Assembly: GCA_964493895.1 (NCBI GenBank)
Contig: CAZBPY010000001.1
Location: 27,233 to 91,232 of the forward strand
DNA from: an uncultured Candidatus Saccharibacteria bacterium
GTDB lineage: Bacteria; Patescibacteriota; Saccharimonadia; Saccharimonadales; JAGQNJ01
Direction: 5' to 3'
Length of the DNA stretch: 64,000 bases
This document shows, piece after piece, positions 34,357 through 42,679 of the stretch. Under the pieces are notes generated by a model. That model was not told the DNA's origin. It made no database searches and saw nothing but the letters and a program-made list of their open reading frames with translations. Both the position numbers and the translations under genes were made by a program. The stretch's first letter is position 1. Every line of letters begins with the position of its first letter.

Positions 34357-35979
34357 TTATCTGGACTTCTGCCTCTTAGGGGGTATCTTCCAGCCCATTT
34401 GCTCCATCATACCGAAAGAAGCAGCAAGAGCAATTGCTCGTGTGTCTGAAAAAGCTCTGTAGGCTCGCATGCGAGCATGATCACCCTTCTCGTTAGACTG
34501 TTGCCTACTTCGTGTAATGTGCTCTACAGTTTTGGGGTCTTTAGCGTAATACTCAAAGTCAAATCCAATAATCTCTAGGGTTGGCCGATTGCCTTTATGC
34601 AAGCGGAACGCATAGCCGTCCATATCACTATTTGCATACCCGTGATCTAGCGTTATCTGGCTAAGTAATTCTTTGGCTTCTTCGACTACATAGTTAGCTT
34701 TTAGTTGTGCGAACTCCTCAAAGGTAAGCTCGTTGGGCTTGGCAACTTCTGCATCTCTGTCATCAAAACCCCTGAGTAAGTCCTTCCTTTCGTCGTATAC
34801 TTGCTTTGCACGTTCACGAACTTGTTCAAATTCTTCAGTATATTCGTCGGCTGAATCCAGAATTTCACGAGCTAATTGATGCTTTGGGCCGTCTGTTTTT
34901 AGGTTAGGTTCGCTTTCGAACAAACAGAACTGATAGCCGTCAGGAAACTCAACATAGCCTAAGGGCTTCTCCCAGCGTAATTCAATGTCTCCCTGCCGAA
35001 TTGTTCCTAAGTCACTGAATTCTTTAGCTACTTCAAACTCTTGCTGCGAAGTTAGTCCATCTTTGTGGCCGTTTTTCTTTACGTCTGTGTGACGAGACGT
35101 TTTTCGTTCCTTCATAATGTATTCTCTACCGTCAACTGTAACCACATAAACACGGTCCTTAAGTTGGCGACGCTTTTCCCACTTCTGAGGGTCAAGAAGT
35201 GTAGGACTAGACTCGAATGCTTCACTTGTCATTACCAACTTTGTTCCGCTCTTTAGTTCGTGAGTTATGACCCCGTCTTTTGCTTCCACGCTGCCTAGTG
35301 GTTGGTCTTGGAGTTCAGCCATTAGACCGAGCAACTTAACGTCCCGGGCATAACGATAGCGTCGAGCGACTAAGTCACGTTCAGCATCGGTAATGCCTGG
35401 GAATTGCTCTACTTGACGACGTGTGTCTTGGAGTAAGTCATCGTAATGTTCAGAAGTGTCAGACTTCCAACCAGTTAGAGAGTCAATTTCATCTTCTTTT
35501 CGAAGGAGTGATGGAGCATGTCCCAAGTCAGGCGTTAGCAGTTCGTCGGGTACTGGGCTAAGCTCTAAAACAGACTCTAGAGTCTTGCCCATAAGCCTTG
35601 CCAGTCTGGCAGTACGAGGGTCGCTTTCTGCTAATTCACTAATGGCTTTCTGGGGCAATGTTTCACTCAGTGGCTCAACTGTGAACGCTGCAGCTCTGTG
35701 GCGAACCTCTGGCAAGGTAATTATTGCCCGACGAGCCGCTTCGGTAAGGGCTAGCCATTCATAGTCTATCTTTGCATCCCGTGCTTTATTTGCTGCTTCA
35801 TTCTCTAATACCCTGTCTCGCCTAGCCCAAAAATCTTCGCCAGCCTGGAGATCATGCACAGCAGGATCATAGTCGTCTACAATGGGCTGCCTAAAAGGAA
35901 CATCAGCTAAGTCAGCTTCTACCTGAGCTCGTATTTGGTCGGGGTTACTTTCAGGTGCTGGCATCGTTTCGACTGTCAT
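34357..35979 (-). CDS. acidic cytoplasmic protein with C-terminal protein-kinase-like (PKL) fold motifs
   Basis: 540 aa. GREYIMKERK (beta3 Lys?), EFEVAKEF (alphaC Glu?), LDHGYANSDMDGYAF (catalytic-loop-like), LEIIGFDFEYY (DFG-like). No glycine-rich loop recognised. Confidence 0.5.
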   Translation of the reverse strand: MTVETMPAPESNPDQIRAQVEADLADVPFRQPIVDDYDPAVHDLQAGEDFWARRDRVLENEAANKARDAKIDYEWLALTEAARRAIITLPEVRHRAAAFTVEPLSETLPQKAISELAESDPRTARLARLMGKTLESVLELSPVPDELLTPDLGHAPSLLRKEDEIDSLTGWKSDTSEHYDDLLQDTRRQVEQFPGITDAERDLVARRYRYARDVKLLGLMAELQDQPLGSVEAKDGVITHELKSGTKLVMTSEAFESSPTLLDPQKWEKRRQLKDRVYVVTVDGREYIMKERKTSRHTDVKKNGHKDGLTSQQEFEVAKEFSDLGTIRQGDIELRWEKPLGYVEFPDGYQFCLFESEPNLKTDGPKHQLAREILDSADEYTEEFEQVRERAKQVYDERKDLLRGFDDRDAEVAKPNELTFEEFAQLKANYVVEEAKELLSQITLDHGYANSDMDGYAFRLHKGNRPTLEIIGFDFEYYAKDPKTVEHITRSRQQSNEKGDHARMRAYRAFSDTRAIALAASFGMMEQMGWKIPPKRQKSR

Positions 35980-36007
35980 GTTTTTGTTTTAGCGTTTTAC
36001 TCTATAA

Positions 36008-36036
36008 ATAATAGCAAATTTCTGCTCGTTTGTCAA
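36008..36036 (-). promoter_or_regulatory. promoter TTGACA-N17-TATTAT (TGc extended) for the 540-aa gene
   Basis: Minus-strand read: TTGACA (36036-36031), 17 nt ending TGC, TATTAT (36013-36008). Confidence 0.5.
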
Positions 36037-36282
36037 GTGCGCATATCTGTATTTGTAAACTCGTTCAAATTTTTTTACTTCTTTGCCGCTAAGTAGACCC
36101 CACAAATTTTATTTCCTTATTTTACCCCTCTAACGCCATTTACTGCTGCACGTTGGCACCATTTATTGGACACTAGACATGCAAGAGCCATGTACCCACA
36201 GCCAGTTGAACTAGGGATATATACGAAAATTAAGGCTGACCCTATTCTGTTTTTAGTGTCACCTCTGTTAGAATAATTGGGT

Positions 36283-37359
36283 ATGAGTTTATCTATTGGG
36301 ATTGTCGGCCTGCCTAATGTTGGCAAGTCAACGTTATTTAATGCTTTGACCAAGAACAATATTTTGGCGGCTAATTATCCATTTGCGACGATTGAGCCTA
36401 ACACTGGCATTGTGCCGATTCCTGATGAACGTCTGCCGCAGTTGTCAGCTCTGTTCAACAGTGCCCCAATCGTGCCGGCTACAGTCAATTTCGTTGATAT
36501 TGCCGGTTTGGTTGCCGGAGCTTCTAAGGGTGAAGGTCTAGGGAATCAATTTCTTAGCCATATCCGATCAACCAATGCTATTTGCCAGGTGGTTCGGGCT
36601 TTTGAAGACGACAATGTTGTTCATGTTGATAACCGAGTTGATCCAAAGGCTGATATTGAGGTTATTTTGACTGAACTTATCCTAGCTGACCTGCAGACGA
36701 TTGAAAATCGTCTGCCCAAAATTGAGAAGGAAGCCAAAGCCAACCCAAAACTGAAACCAGTTTTAGAAACCATAAAACGAACACAAATTTTACTCAATGA
36801 AGGTACCCCGATTTCCTCTGTTAGTGACATTGATACAGACCATATTCAGGATCTTCATCTGCTAACTGCCAAACCCATAATTTACCTATTTAATGTCGAT
36901 GAAAAGGACCTTTCTGATGGTGCCAAGAAGACTGAGCTAACCAAGCTTGTCGCTCCTGCTCAAGCTTTATTTGTTTGCGCCAAGCTTGAGGCCGAGCTGC
37001 AAAGCCTGGATGAATCCGACGCTCTGGAACTTTTAGAAAGCTACGGGCAGAAAGAATCCGGGCTAAATCAATTAATTCACGCTGCTTATCAGACTCTTGG
37101 GCTGCAAAGTTTTCTGACTGCCGGCGATAAAGAGGTCAGGGCCTGGACTATCCGCCGCGGCGCCACTGCACCACAGGCAGCCGGTGTGATCCACACTGAT
37201 TTTGAGAAAGGTTTTATAGCCGCCGAGGTGATTGGCTTCGCCGACCTAGTGGCCGCTGGATCTTGGCAAGCCGCCAAGGCCGCCGGCAAAGTCCGCTTGG
37301 AGGGCAAAACTTACGTGATGCAACCGGATGATGTGGTCGAATTCCGCTTTAACGCCTAG
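36283..37359 (+). CDS. ychF: ribosome-binding ATPase YchF (Obg family)
   Basis: MSLSIGIVGLPNVGKSTLFNALT G1 motif, DIAGLV, TGS-like C-terminus. ATG 36283 is preceded by TGtTAGAAT at 8 nt; the track start TTG 36277 is unlikely. Confidence 0.9.
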   Translation: MSLSIGIVGLPNVGKSTLFNALTKNNILAANYPFATIEPNTGIVPIPDERLPQLSALFNSAPIVPATVNFVDIAGLVAGASKGEGLGNQFLSHIRSTNAICQVVRAFEDDNVVHVDNRVDPKADIEVILTELILADLQTIENRLPKIEKEAKANPKLKPVLETIKRTQILLNEGTPISSVSDIDTDHIQDLHLLTAKPIIYLFNVDEKDLSDGAKKTELTKLVAPAQALFVCAKLEAELQSLDESDALELLESYGQKESGLNQLIHAAYQTLGLQSFLTAGDKEVRAWTIRRGATAPQAAGVIHTDFEKGFIAAEVIGFADLVAAGSWQAAKAAGKVRLEGKTYVMQPDDVVEFRFNA

Positions 37360-37368
37360 AGTTCGAAC

Positions 37369-38019
37369 TTAGAATCTGGAGATTCGCTGGCGCATCATTA
37401 ACGATGACCGGGTATAAGGGTTGATGACCTGGCGCACCCGAGCCGTAGTTGGCATCTGTTCAGTTTGGGCTTGGCCGGCTTCGCCGATGGCAATTTCGGC
37501 AATTTTCTTCATGAATGGATGGTCAGATGTGGCTTGGGGCTGAATTAGGCTTTGCGGCTGCCAACCGGATAGAGTTGGTTGCACTGTGGGGCTTGCCTGG
37601 AATTGGGTAGACTCTCCTGGGACGTGTTGTTGGCGATAAGCCAACACCTGTTGTTGGACAAATACGGTGGCCGCTCGTAGCTCCATACGGCGGTAACTTC
37701 TGAATACCAAAGTCTTATTTGGAGTACAAACTCGAATAGTGGAATCGATGAGGCGATAAGAAAAGTCAACCTCAACTACCATGTCATAACGAACATCTTC
37801 GACGGTTAAGTAAAATGGCTTTTTATCAACTAAGAGCAAGCGCAGATCAGTGGCGCACAGCACGGCAATACCACCGTCATAGCGCCCCAACACGCAGTGC
37901 TCTATGGTTTCTCCATCCACCAGAATATGGCGCAACTGTCGGACCTCGGCTGCGCCGAGAAACCAAAAGCTTACCCCTATTCGTTTTAGTTGGCGATCAA
38001 CTTCGTTCACAGAAACCAT
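37369..38019 (-). CDS. hypothetical protein with N-terminal PH-like (YokE-type) domain
   Basis: ETIEHCVLGRYDGGIAVLCATDLRLLLVDKKPF pattern typical of bacterial PH domains. Q/P-rich C-terminus. Confidence 0.4.
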   Translation of the reverse strand: MVSVNEVDRQLKRIGVSFWFLGAAEVRQLRHILVDGETIEHCVLGRYDGGIAVLCATDLRLLLVDKKPFYLTVEDVRYDMVVEVDFSYRLIDSTIRVCTPNKTLVFRSYRRMELRAATVFVQQQVLAYRQQHVPGESTQFQASPTVQPTLSGWQPQSLIQPQATSDHPFMKKIAEIAIGEAGQAQTEQMPTTARVRQVINPYTRSSLMMRQRISRF

Positions 38020-38133
38020 TGGTCACCTCCCCTCATATGTTAAGTTCTGGCGGATTACTCACTAACCCTATTTATAGATTAAACCTTTTGGGGCTTTTTG
38101 TCTGTTAGTCTAGTCTCTGGGTAAATGAGATTT

Positions 38134-38162
38134 TTGTCACACTTTAGCTTTCGGGTTATACT
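38134..38162 (+). promoter_or_regulatory. promoter TTGTCA-N17-TATACT, 6 nt upstream of the crp-family ATG
   Basis: TTGTCA 38134-38139, TATACT 38157-38162, ATG 38169. Confidence 0.5.
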
Positions 38163-38168
38163 AAAAAC

Positions 38169-38816
38169 ATGTTTGCCACTAAGCAGCAACACAAAGCTCT
38201 GGTGGAGGCTTTCAAAGGCGGGTCTCCGCTAACCTACAAAAAGGGTGAATTTATCATCCGCCCGGGGGATACTCCCTCGGGCGTTTTTTATATCGAGGAG
38301 GGTTTGGTCAAAGCCTACGACATTACCAAGTACGGTGAAGAAAACCTGCTAATTATCCGTAAACCTAATGAGATTTTTCCGCTGATTTGGTCAATAACCG
38401 GTCAAGGTCGAGCGATTATTTATGAAGCTCTCTGTGATGTCAGCGTTTTCCGCCTTGGCCAGGATGAATTTCAGAAGTTGCTGCACGATCGGCCTAGCCT
38501 GCAAGCTCCATTTATGGACATAGTTTTCGAAATGTATCGTATTCACAGCGAAAGAATTATGAACTTGGAATATCGGACAGTCCGTGAACGCTTAATATCT
38601 TTCCTGCTAATTATGTCTGATCGTTTTGGCGTCAAATCCAATGGTCATCTTAAGCTGGATGTACCCCTGAAACAACAGGACATTGCCAGCTCCATAAACG
38701 CCACTCGTGAAACCACCGGCCGCGAACTAGCCAATCTAGCTCGTCGTGGCCTAATTACCAATGATCATGGCTTTATCATTATCAAGAAGAAACAAGCCAT
38801 GCGCGACTTTCTCTAG
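38169..38816 (+). CDS. Crp/Fnr-family transcriptional regulator
   Basis: N-terminal cNMP-binding-like beta roll (GEFIIRPGDTPSGVFYIEEGLV). C-terminal HTH QQDIASSINATRETTGRELANLARRGLI. Confidence 0.8.
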   Translation: MFATKQQHKALVEAFKGGSPLTYKKGEFIIRPGDTPSGVFYIEEGLVKAYDITKYGEENLLIIRKPNEIFPLIWSITGQGRAIIYEALCDVSVFRLGQDEFQKLLHDRPSLQAPFMDIVFEMYRIHSERIMNLEYRTVRERLISFLLIMSDRFGVKSNGHLKLDVPLKQQDIASSINATRETTGRELANLARRGLITNDHGFIIIKKKQAMRDFL

Positions 38817-39466
38817 CGCCAGTTCAAGACAATTGTCTCAATGGTTTTCACTAGTTCCTCGTGGCTGGGCATAGCATTATTCTCAAAGTAGTGCCCGGTG
38901 TTTATAAAGTTGTCAACAACGCTCAGACAGACAATCTCGTCGGCAAGCAAGTGCATGCGATCCACTGCCGGAACGGTTGCCAGAGGTGTGGCTACAATCA
39001 GGCGTTCTATCTTGATTGGCTTTAGGAAATCGGCAGCAGCATCCAACGATAGACCATCCTGCAAGATATCCGAGACCAAGATTATATTACGCCCGCGCAA
39101 TAGATCTTTTCGGATGATACCGCCGTCACCTAGCAGCCGGTTAATGGCATGGAATTTCTGAGCCTTCTCTTGCTCGATATATGTCCGATACTCTGAAGCA
39201 AAGCCCTCTAACTGCCCAGCCGAAAACATATTGTTATAAGTAAAACCGCCGTCCTGATTAACTACTGCTAGAGGCTGGTGCTCGCCGGGCAGCTTTATCT
39301 CTTCCGTCAAAAGCATGGTCAACACGCAGTGCAAAGCTTTGGCAATTTCGGCACCTATAATAATACCCCCGTCGGAGAGGGCTATTACTGCAGTGTTTTC
39401 ATAACGGTATTTTTGCAACTTAGCCGCTAATTGCTGGCCGGCCTGATTGCGATCTTTGAAATACAT
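38813..39466 (-). CDS. phosphoribosyltransferase-fold protein with degenerate PRPP motif
   Basis: FKDRNQAGQQLA start and overall layout resemble COG1926-type PRTases. The PRPP loop reads IILVSDILQDGLSL instead of VDDGxATG. Confidence 0.6.
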   Translation of the reverse strand: MYFKDRNQAGQQLAAKLQKYRYENTAVIALSDGGIIIGAEIAKALHCVLTMLLTEEIKLPGEHQPLAVVNQDGGFTYNNMFSAGQLEGFASEYRTYIEQEKAQKFHAINRLLGDGGIIRKDLLRGRNIILVSDILQDGLSLDAAADFLKPIKIERLIVATPLATVPAVDRMHLLADEIVCLSVVDNFINTGHYFENNAMPSHEELVKTIETIVLNWR

Positions 39467-39480
39467 CTCGTCATAGTGTA

Positions 39481-40197
39481 TCAGAGCTTGCTAAGCAGAT
39501 AAAAACGCTCTAGATTTCCTTTCGATCCAGCGACTTGGCTATCGGCTTTATCATGAATTACAAACTGTTTTTTGGCCCAATCTTCGAAATCTTTTAGAAT
39601 TTGCCGGCGCAGACGTTCGTTCTTGATAACACCCTTGTGTTTGATGTCGCCGCCAGCTTCAAACTGTGGTTTTACCATGGCGATTATCTGAGTGTCAGGT
39701 CGGCACAAACTGGCAATGTGCGGCAAAACATCACGCAGGCTAATGAAAGATACATCAATGACCACAATATCTGGTGTCGTAGACAATTTCGTAATATCAC
39801 GAATGTCGGTTTGTTCATGCAGTTCTATCCGACGATGCCCGCGCAAACTGGGGTGCAGCTGATCTTTGCCAACCTCCACGGCGATCACCTTTTTGGCCCT
39901 ATGTTGCAAGGCGTAATCTGTAAAGCCGCCAGTTGACGAACCCACGTCCAGCACTATTTTATCCTGGAAAAATAGTCTGAACTTATCGGCCACCGAAGCC
40001 AACTTTTCACCGGCTCTGGAAACATACTGCTGAGTGTCGATTAGTTCGGCAGAGTTGTGATCATAAACGGACTGACCCGGTTTAGTCACCAACCGAGCAG
40101 CAATTCGGACTTTACCTCGCTTAATAAAATCAGCCGCTTGCGACCGTGACCTAACTAGGCCCTTTTGAACCAATAATTCATCGGCCCGGATTCTCAC
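39481..40197 (-). CDS. tlyA: TlyA-family rRNA 2'-O-methyltransferase
   Basis: S4-like N-terminus (RADELLVQKGLVRSRSQAADFIKRGKV) and SAM motif LDVGSSTGGFTDYAL. Confidence 0.85.
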   Translation of the reverse strand: MRIRADELLVQKGLVRSRSQAADFIKRGKVRIAARLVTKPGQSVYDHNSAELIDTQQYVSRAGEKLASVADKFRLFFQDKIVLDVGSSTGGFTDYALQHRAKKVIAVEVGKDQLHPSLRGHRRIELHEQTDIRDITKLSTTPDIVVIDVSFISLRDVLPHIASLCRPDTQIIAMVKPQFEAGGDIKHKGVIKNERLRRQILKDFEDWAKKQFVIHDKADSQVAGSKGNLERFYLLSKL

Positions 40198-40199
40198 AA

Positions 40200-40766
40200 T
40201 TAATCCTTTTTGCGTTCACGGTACGCTCCGGTCTCGGTATCGACAGAAATAATGTCGCCAGTCTTAATGAAAGCTGGAACTTTGACAGAAATACCTGTTT
40301 CAACTTTAGCCTCTTTAGTGATTGAGCTAGTTGTATCGCCTTTGACGGCATCTTCGGCGTAAGTGACTTTTAGATAAACATTCTTTGGCAGCTCAACATT
40401 GATGACCCGGCTGTCAAACAGTTGGAGGTTAACCATATCACCTTCCTTTATAAAACCAGCGTAATCTCCTACGATATCGGCCGGAACTTCGAATTGCTCA
40501 TAAGTTTCGTCGTTCATAAAGAAAAAGTTCGAGCCATCATTATAAAGATACTGAACTTTTTGATTTGTGACGTCTGCCGGCTCAATAGACTCGCTGCCTT
40601 TAAATGTCTTGTCGAGCACTTTTCCATCAGTCAAGCTTTTAATCTTCACATTAACCACACTGCCCTGGCGCCCCATTACTTTTTGAGCATACTCAACTAC
40701 CCGATAGGGCGTACCATCCAACTGAAAGATAGTGCCCTTTTTTAGGTCTGTAATTCCAAATGCCAT
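40200..40766 (-). CDS. efp: elongation factor P (Arg at the loop tip)
   Basis: 188 aa. DLKKGTIFQLDGTPYRVVEYAQKVMGRQGSVVNVKIKSL aligns with EF-P domain I. TATAAT lies 6 nt upstream of the ATG. Confidence 0.9.
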   Translation of the reverse strand: MAFGITDLKKGTIFQLDGTPYRVVEYAQKVMGRQGSVVNVKIKSLTDGKVLDKTFKGSESIEPADVTNQKVQYLYNDGSNFFFMNDETYEQFEVPADIVGDYAGFIKEGDMVNLQLFDSRVINVELPKNVYLKVTYAEDAVKGDTTSSITKEAKVETGISVKVPAFIKTGDIISVDTETGAYRERKKD

Positions 40767-40785
40767 GACCTAATTATATCTGTTA

Positions 40786-41448
40786 TTAAGCTGTTACGCC
40801 AGGTTTGGTCGGATCATCAGGATGAGCAGCTAGCCAGGCGTTTTGTTTGGCAGCCAGCTCGGCAGAAGGATAATATTTGCCATCATCCGCCATTTCATAA
40901 CCAAAACCGCCAAATTTTTCGAAATCTTCATCCTGGCCAGCCCAGGATAAGCTTTGTTCGTGCATTTGATTGGCAAAGTCTAGATAAAAAGCCGTTATGC
41001 TTTCAGGGGTCTCGCCTTCAAGAGGTCGTCTCAGCAGAAATTTTGTTCTTTTGGAGCTATCATGATCATTGTCTCCAGGATAAGTTATATCGGTGCTTCG
41101 TTGATCCTCAGGCAACCCCTCCTCGGCTTGTAGCATTTTATCGAGAACAGCTTTGTTGTTATCTGAAAGGGCATCATAAAATATACCTAGCTCAGCACTT
41201 GCTTCTTCTGCATTAGCCGAAGCAGTGAATGTGGGTACATTCTTATCCCATAATACTGTAACCGGCTCTATCAAGGGTTCCTCAATAAGTTCATGGATTC
41301 GCTCAGGGCTTGTCAAGGCCTGGCCTCTTTCGTGGCCTTTGCGCTGAATATCAGCAAACGCCGGGTTACTTGAACTAGTGAGTCCCTCTTGGTGGTGTGG
41401 TTGTATAGCTGGCAATTCACCTGTCATTTTTGTTTTTACGCTTAACAA
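40786..41448 (-). CDS. hypothetical acidic protein
   Basis: 220-aa ORF (TTG start in the track; the internal ATG at 41427 is an alternative). TGCTAAAAT promoter-like element upstream. No motif recognised. Confidence 0.45.
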   Translation of the reverse strand: MLSVKTKMTGELPAIQPHHQEGLTSSSNPAFADIQRKGHERGQALTSPERIHELIEEPLIEPVTVLWDKNVPTFTASANAEEASAELGIFYDALSDNNKAVLDKMLQAEEGLPEDQRSTDITYPGDNDHDSSKRTKFLLRRPLEGETPESITAFYLDFANQMHEQSLSWAGQDEDFEKFGGFGYEMADDGKYYPSAELAAKQNAWLAAHPDDPTKPGVTA

Positions 41449-41495
41449 GCGTATTTTAGCACATTTTCAAATGTATTACAAGCTATGGAGTTGTG

Positions 41496-41699
41496 TTAAC
41501 CATTGTTAACAAACGGTAATAGGGCTAGATGTCGAGCTCGTTTGATAGCCCGTGCCAAATGTCGCTGTTGACTCTCGGTCAAACCTGTTTTCTTACGAGA
41601 TTCGATCTGCCCGTAGCTGTTCACATAGCGCTGCAAAGACTTAAAGTCTTTGTAGTCAAAATAGGCTACCTCTTCTCTTTTTCGAAAAATCTTTGCCAT
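41496..41699 (-). CDS. rpsR: 30S ribosomal protein S18
   Basis: YFDYKDFKSLQRYVNSYGQIESRKKTGLTESQQRHLARAIKRARHLALLPF. Confidence 0.9.
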   Translation of the reverse strand: MAKIFRKREEVAYFDYKDFKSLQRYVNSYGQIESRKKTGLTESQQRHLARAIKRARHLALLPFVNNG

Positions 41700-41708
41700 T
41701 ATTTCTCC

Positions 41709-42203
41709 TTAAAATGGGATGTCGTCCAAGTTAATAGGAGCGGAGTCATCGACATCCTCGATGACTACATCGTCCTCTTTGCCCTTTTTAGCAGATTTGG
41801 ATTTTGAGCCAGCAGCTGCTGCTGCCCCAGCGTCGTCACTGCCGCTGTTATCTAAATCTTCACCGCCGCCGCCTCGGCTGTCCAGGAAAGTCACGTCAGA
41901 GGCGTTAACTTCCACTTTACTGCGCTTTTGACCGTCTTGTTCCCAGCTGCGGGACTGCAAGCGACCTTGGACTAGACAACGTCGACCTTTGGACAGGTAC
42001 TGAGCCACTCGCTCGCCTAGGGCTGCCCAAGCCACTATATCGACATAGTCGGTGGCTTCGACCCATTCGCCGCTTTGATCTTTGTAGGCTCGGTTCAGCG
42101 CCAAACTAAAGCTGCAAACACTTTGTCCGTTAGGAGTTTGCCGCAGTTCCGGATCTCGGGTCAGGTTACCCATTAATATTACTTGGTTAATGCTTCGTGC
42201 CAT
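41709..42203 (-). CDS. ssb: single-stranded DNA-binding protein
   Basis: INQVILMGNLTRDPELRQTPNGQSVCSFSLALNR OB fold, Gly/Asp-rich tail, C-terminal DDIPF. Confidence 0.9.
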   Translation of the reverse strand: MARSINQVILMGNLTRDPELRQTPNGQSVCSFSLALNRAYKDQSGEWVEATDYVDIVAWAALGERVAQYLSKGRRCLVQGRLQSRSWEQDGQKRSKVEVNASDVTFLDSRGGGGEDLDNSGSDDAGAAAAAGSKSKSAKKGKEDDVVIEDVDDSAPINLDDIPF

Positions 42204-42214
42204 ATTTCCCTCTC

Positions 42215-42583
42215 TTATTCATTAGCCTCGTCAGTTTCTTCCCGTAAAGCTTCGCGTTCAGCCTTAGCCGCCCGGGCCGCCTCGGCACGCGCCAGTGTTT
42301 TCTCATCCTGACGAACAATGAGATAACGAATCACCTCGTTAGTGATATTCAGTGTACCTTCAATCTTGGACAAACTTGTTGGCTCTAATTCCACCGTATA
42401 GAACACATAGACACCGTGGTCATGCTTTTTAATCGGGTAAGCCAGTTTACGCTTGCCCCAATTATCAGACGAGACCATCTTGCCCTTATTGTCGGCAATG
42501 ATTTTCTTGACGCGGTCTTCCGCTTTAGATAGATCCACTTCAAGTCCTGGATCGTAGACTACAGCCAGTTCATACTGCTGCAT
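42215..42583 (-). CDS. rpsF: 30S ribosomal protein S6
   Basis: MQQYELAVVYDPGLEVD..., YPIKKHDHGVY, rpsF-ssb-rpsR synteny, GAGAGGAG SD. Confidence 0.9.
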   Translation of the reverse strand: MQQYELAVVYDPGLEVDLSKAEDRVKKIIADNKGKMVSSDNWGKRKLAYPIKKHDHGVYVFYTVELEPTSLSKIEGTLNITNEVIRYLIVRQDEKTLARAEAARAAKAEREALREETDEANE

Positions 42584-42679
42584 TGGAGAACTCCTCTCTG
42601 GTTATAGCCCATACACATTAAATAGTTATGAACTAGGATTAATTTACAACAATAATTGTATCAGTTTTCAGGGGTCAGG

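Noticed and set aside
36117-36359. 80-aa minus-strand ORF spanning the ychF promoter and start.
   Set aside because: It is antisense to the highly conserved YchF G1 motif region and has no independent signals. It is a spurious shadow ORF.
37130-37320. A second GC-rich stretch (about 55-67% by hand count) at the 3' end of ychF with a shadow ORF (37089-37307), considered as another foreign island.
   Set aside because: The segment is Ala-rich (GCN codons) and third positions are mixed (about 62% G/C, with GAT, TTT, ATT and ATA present). It is much weaker than the ftsK island. It is kept as a caution when interpreting the ftsK signal.
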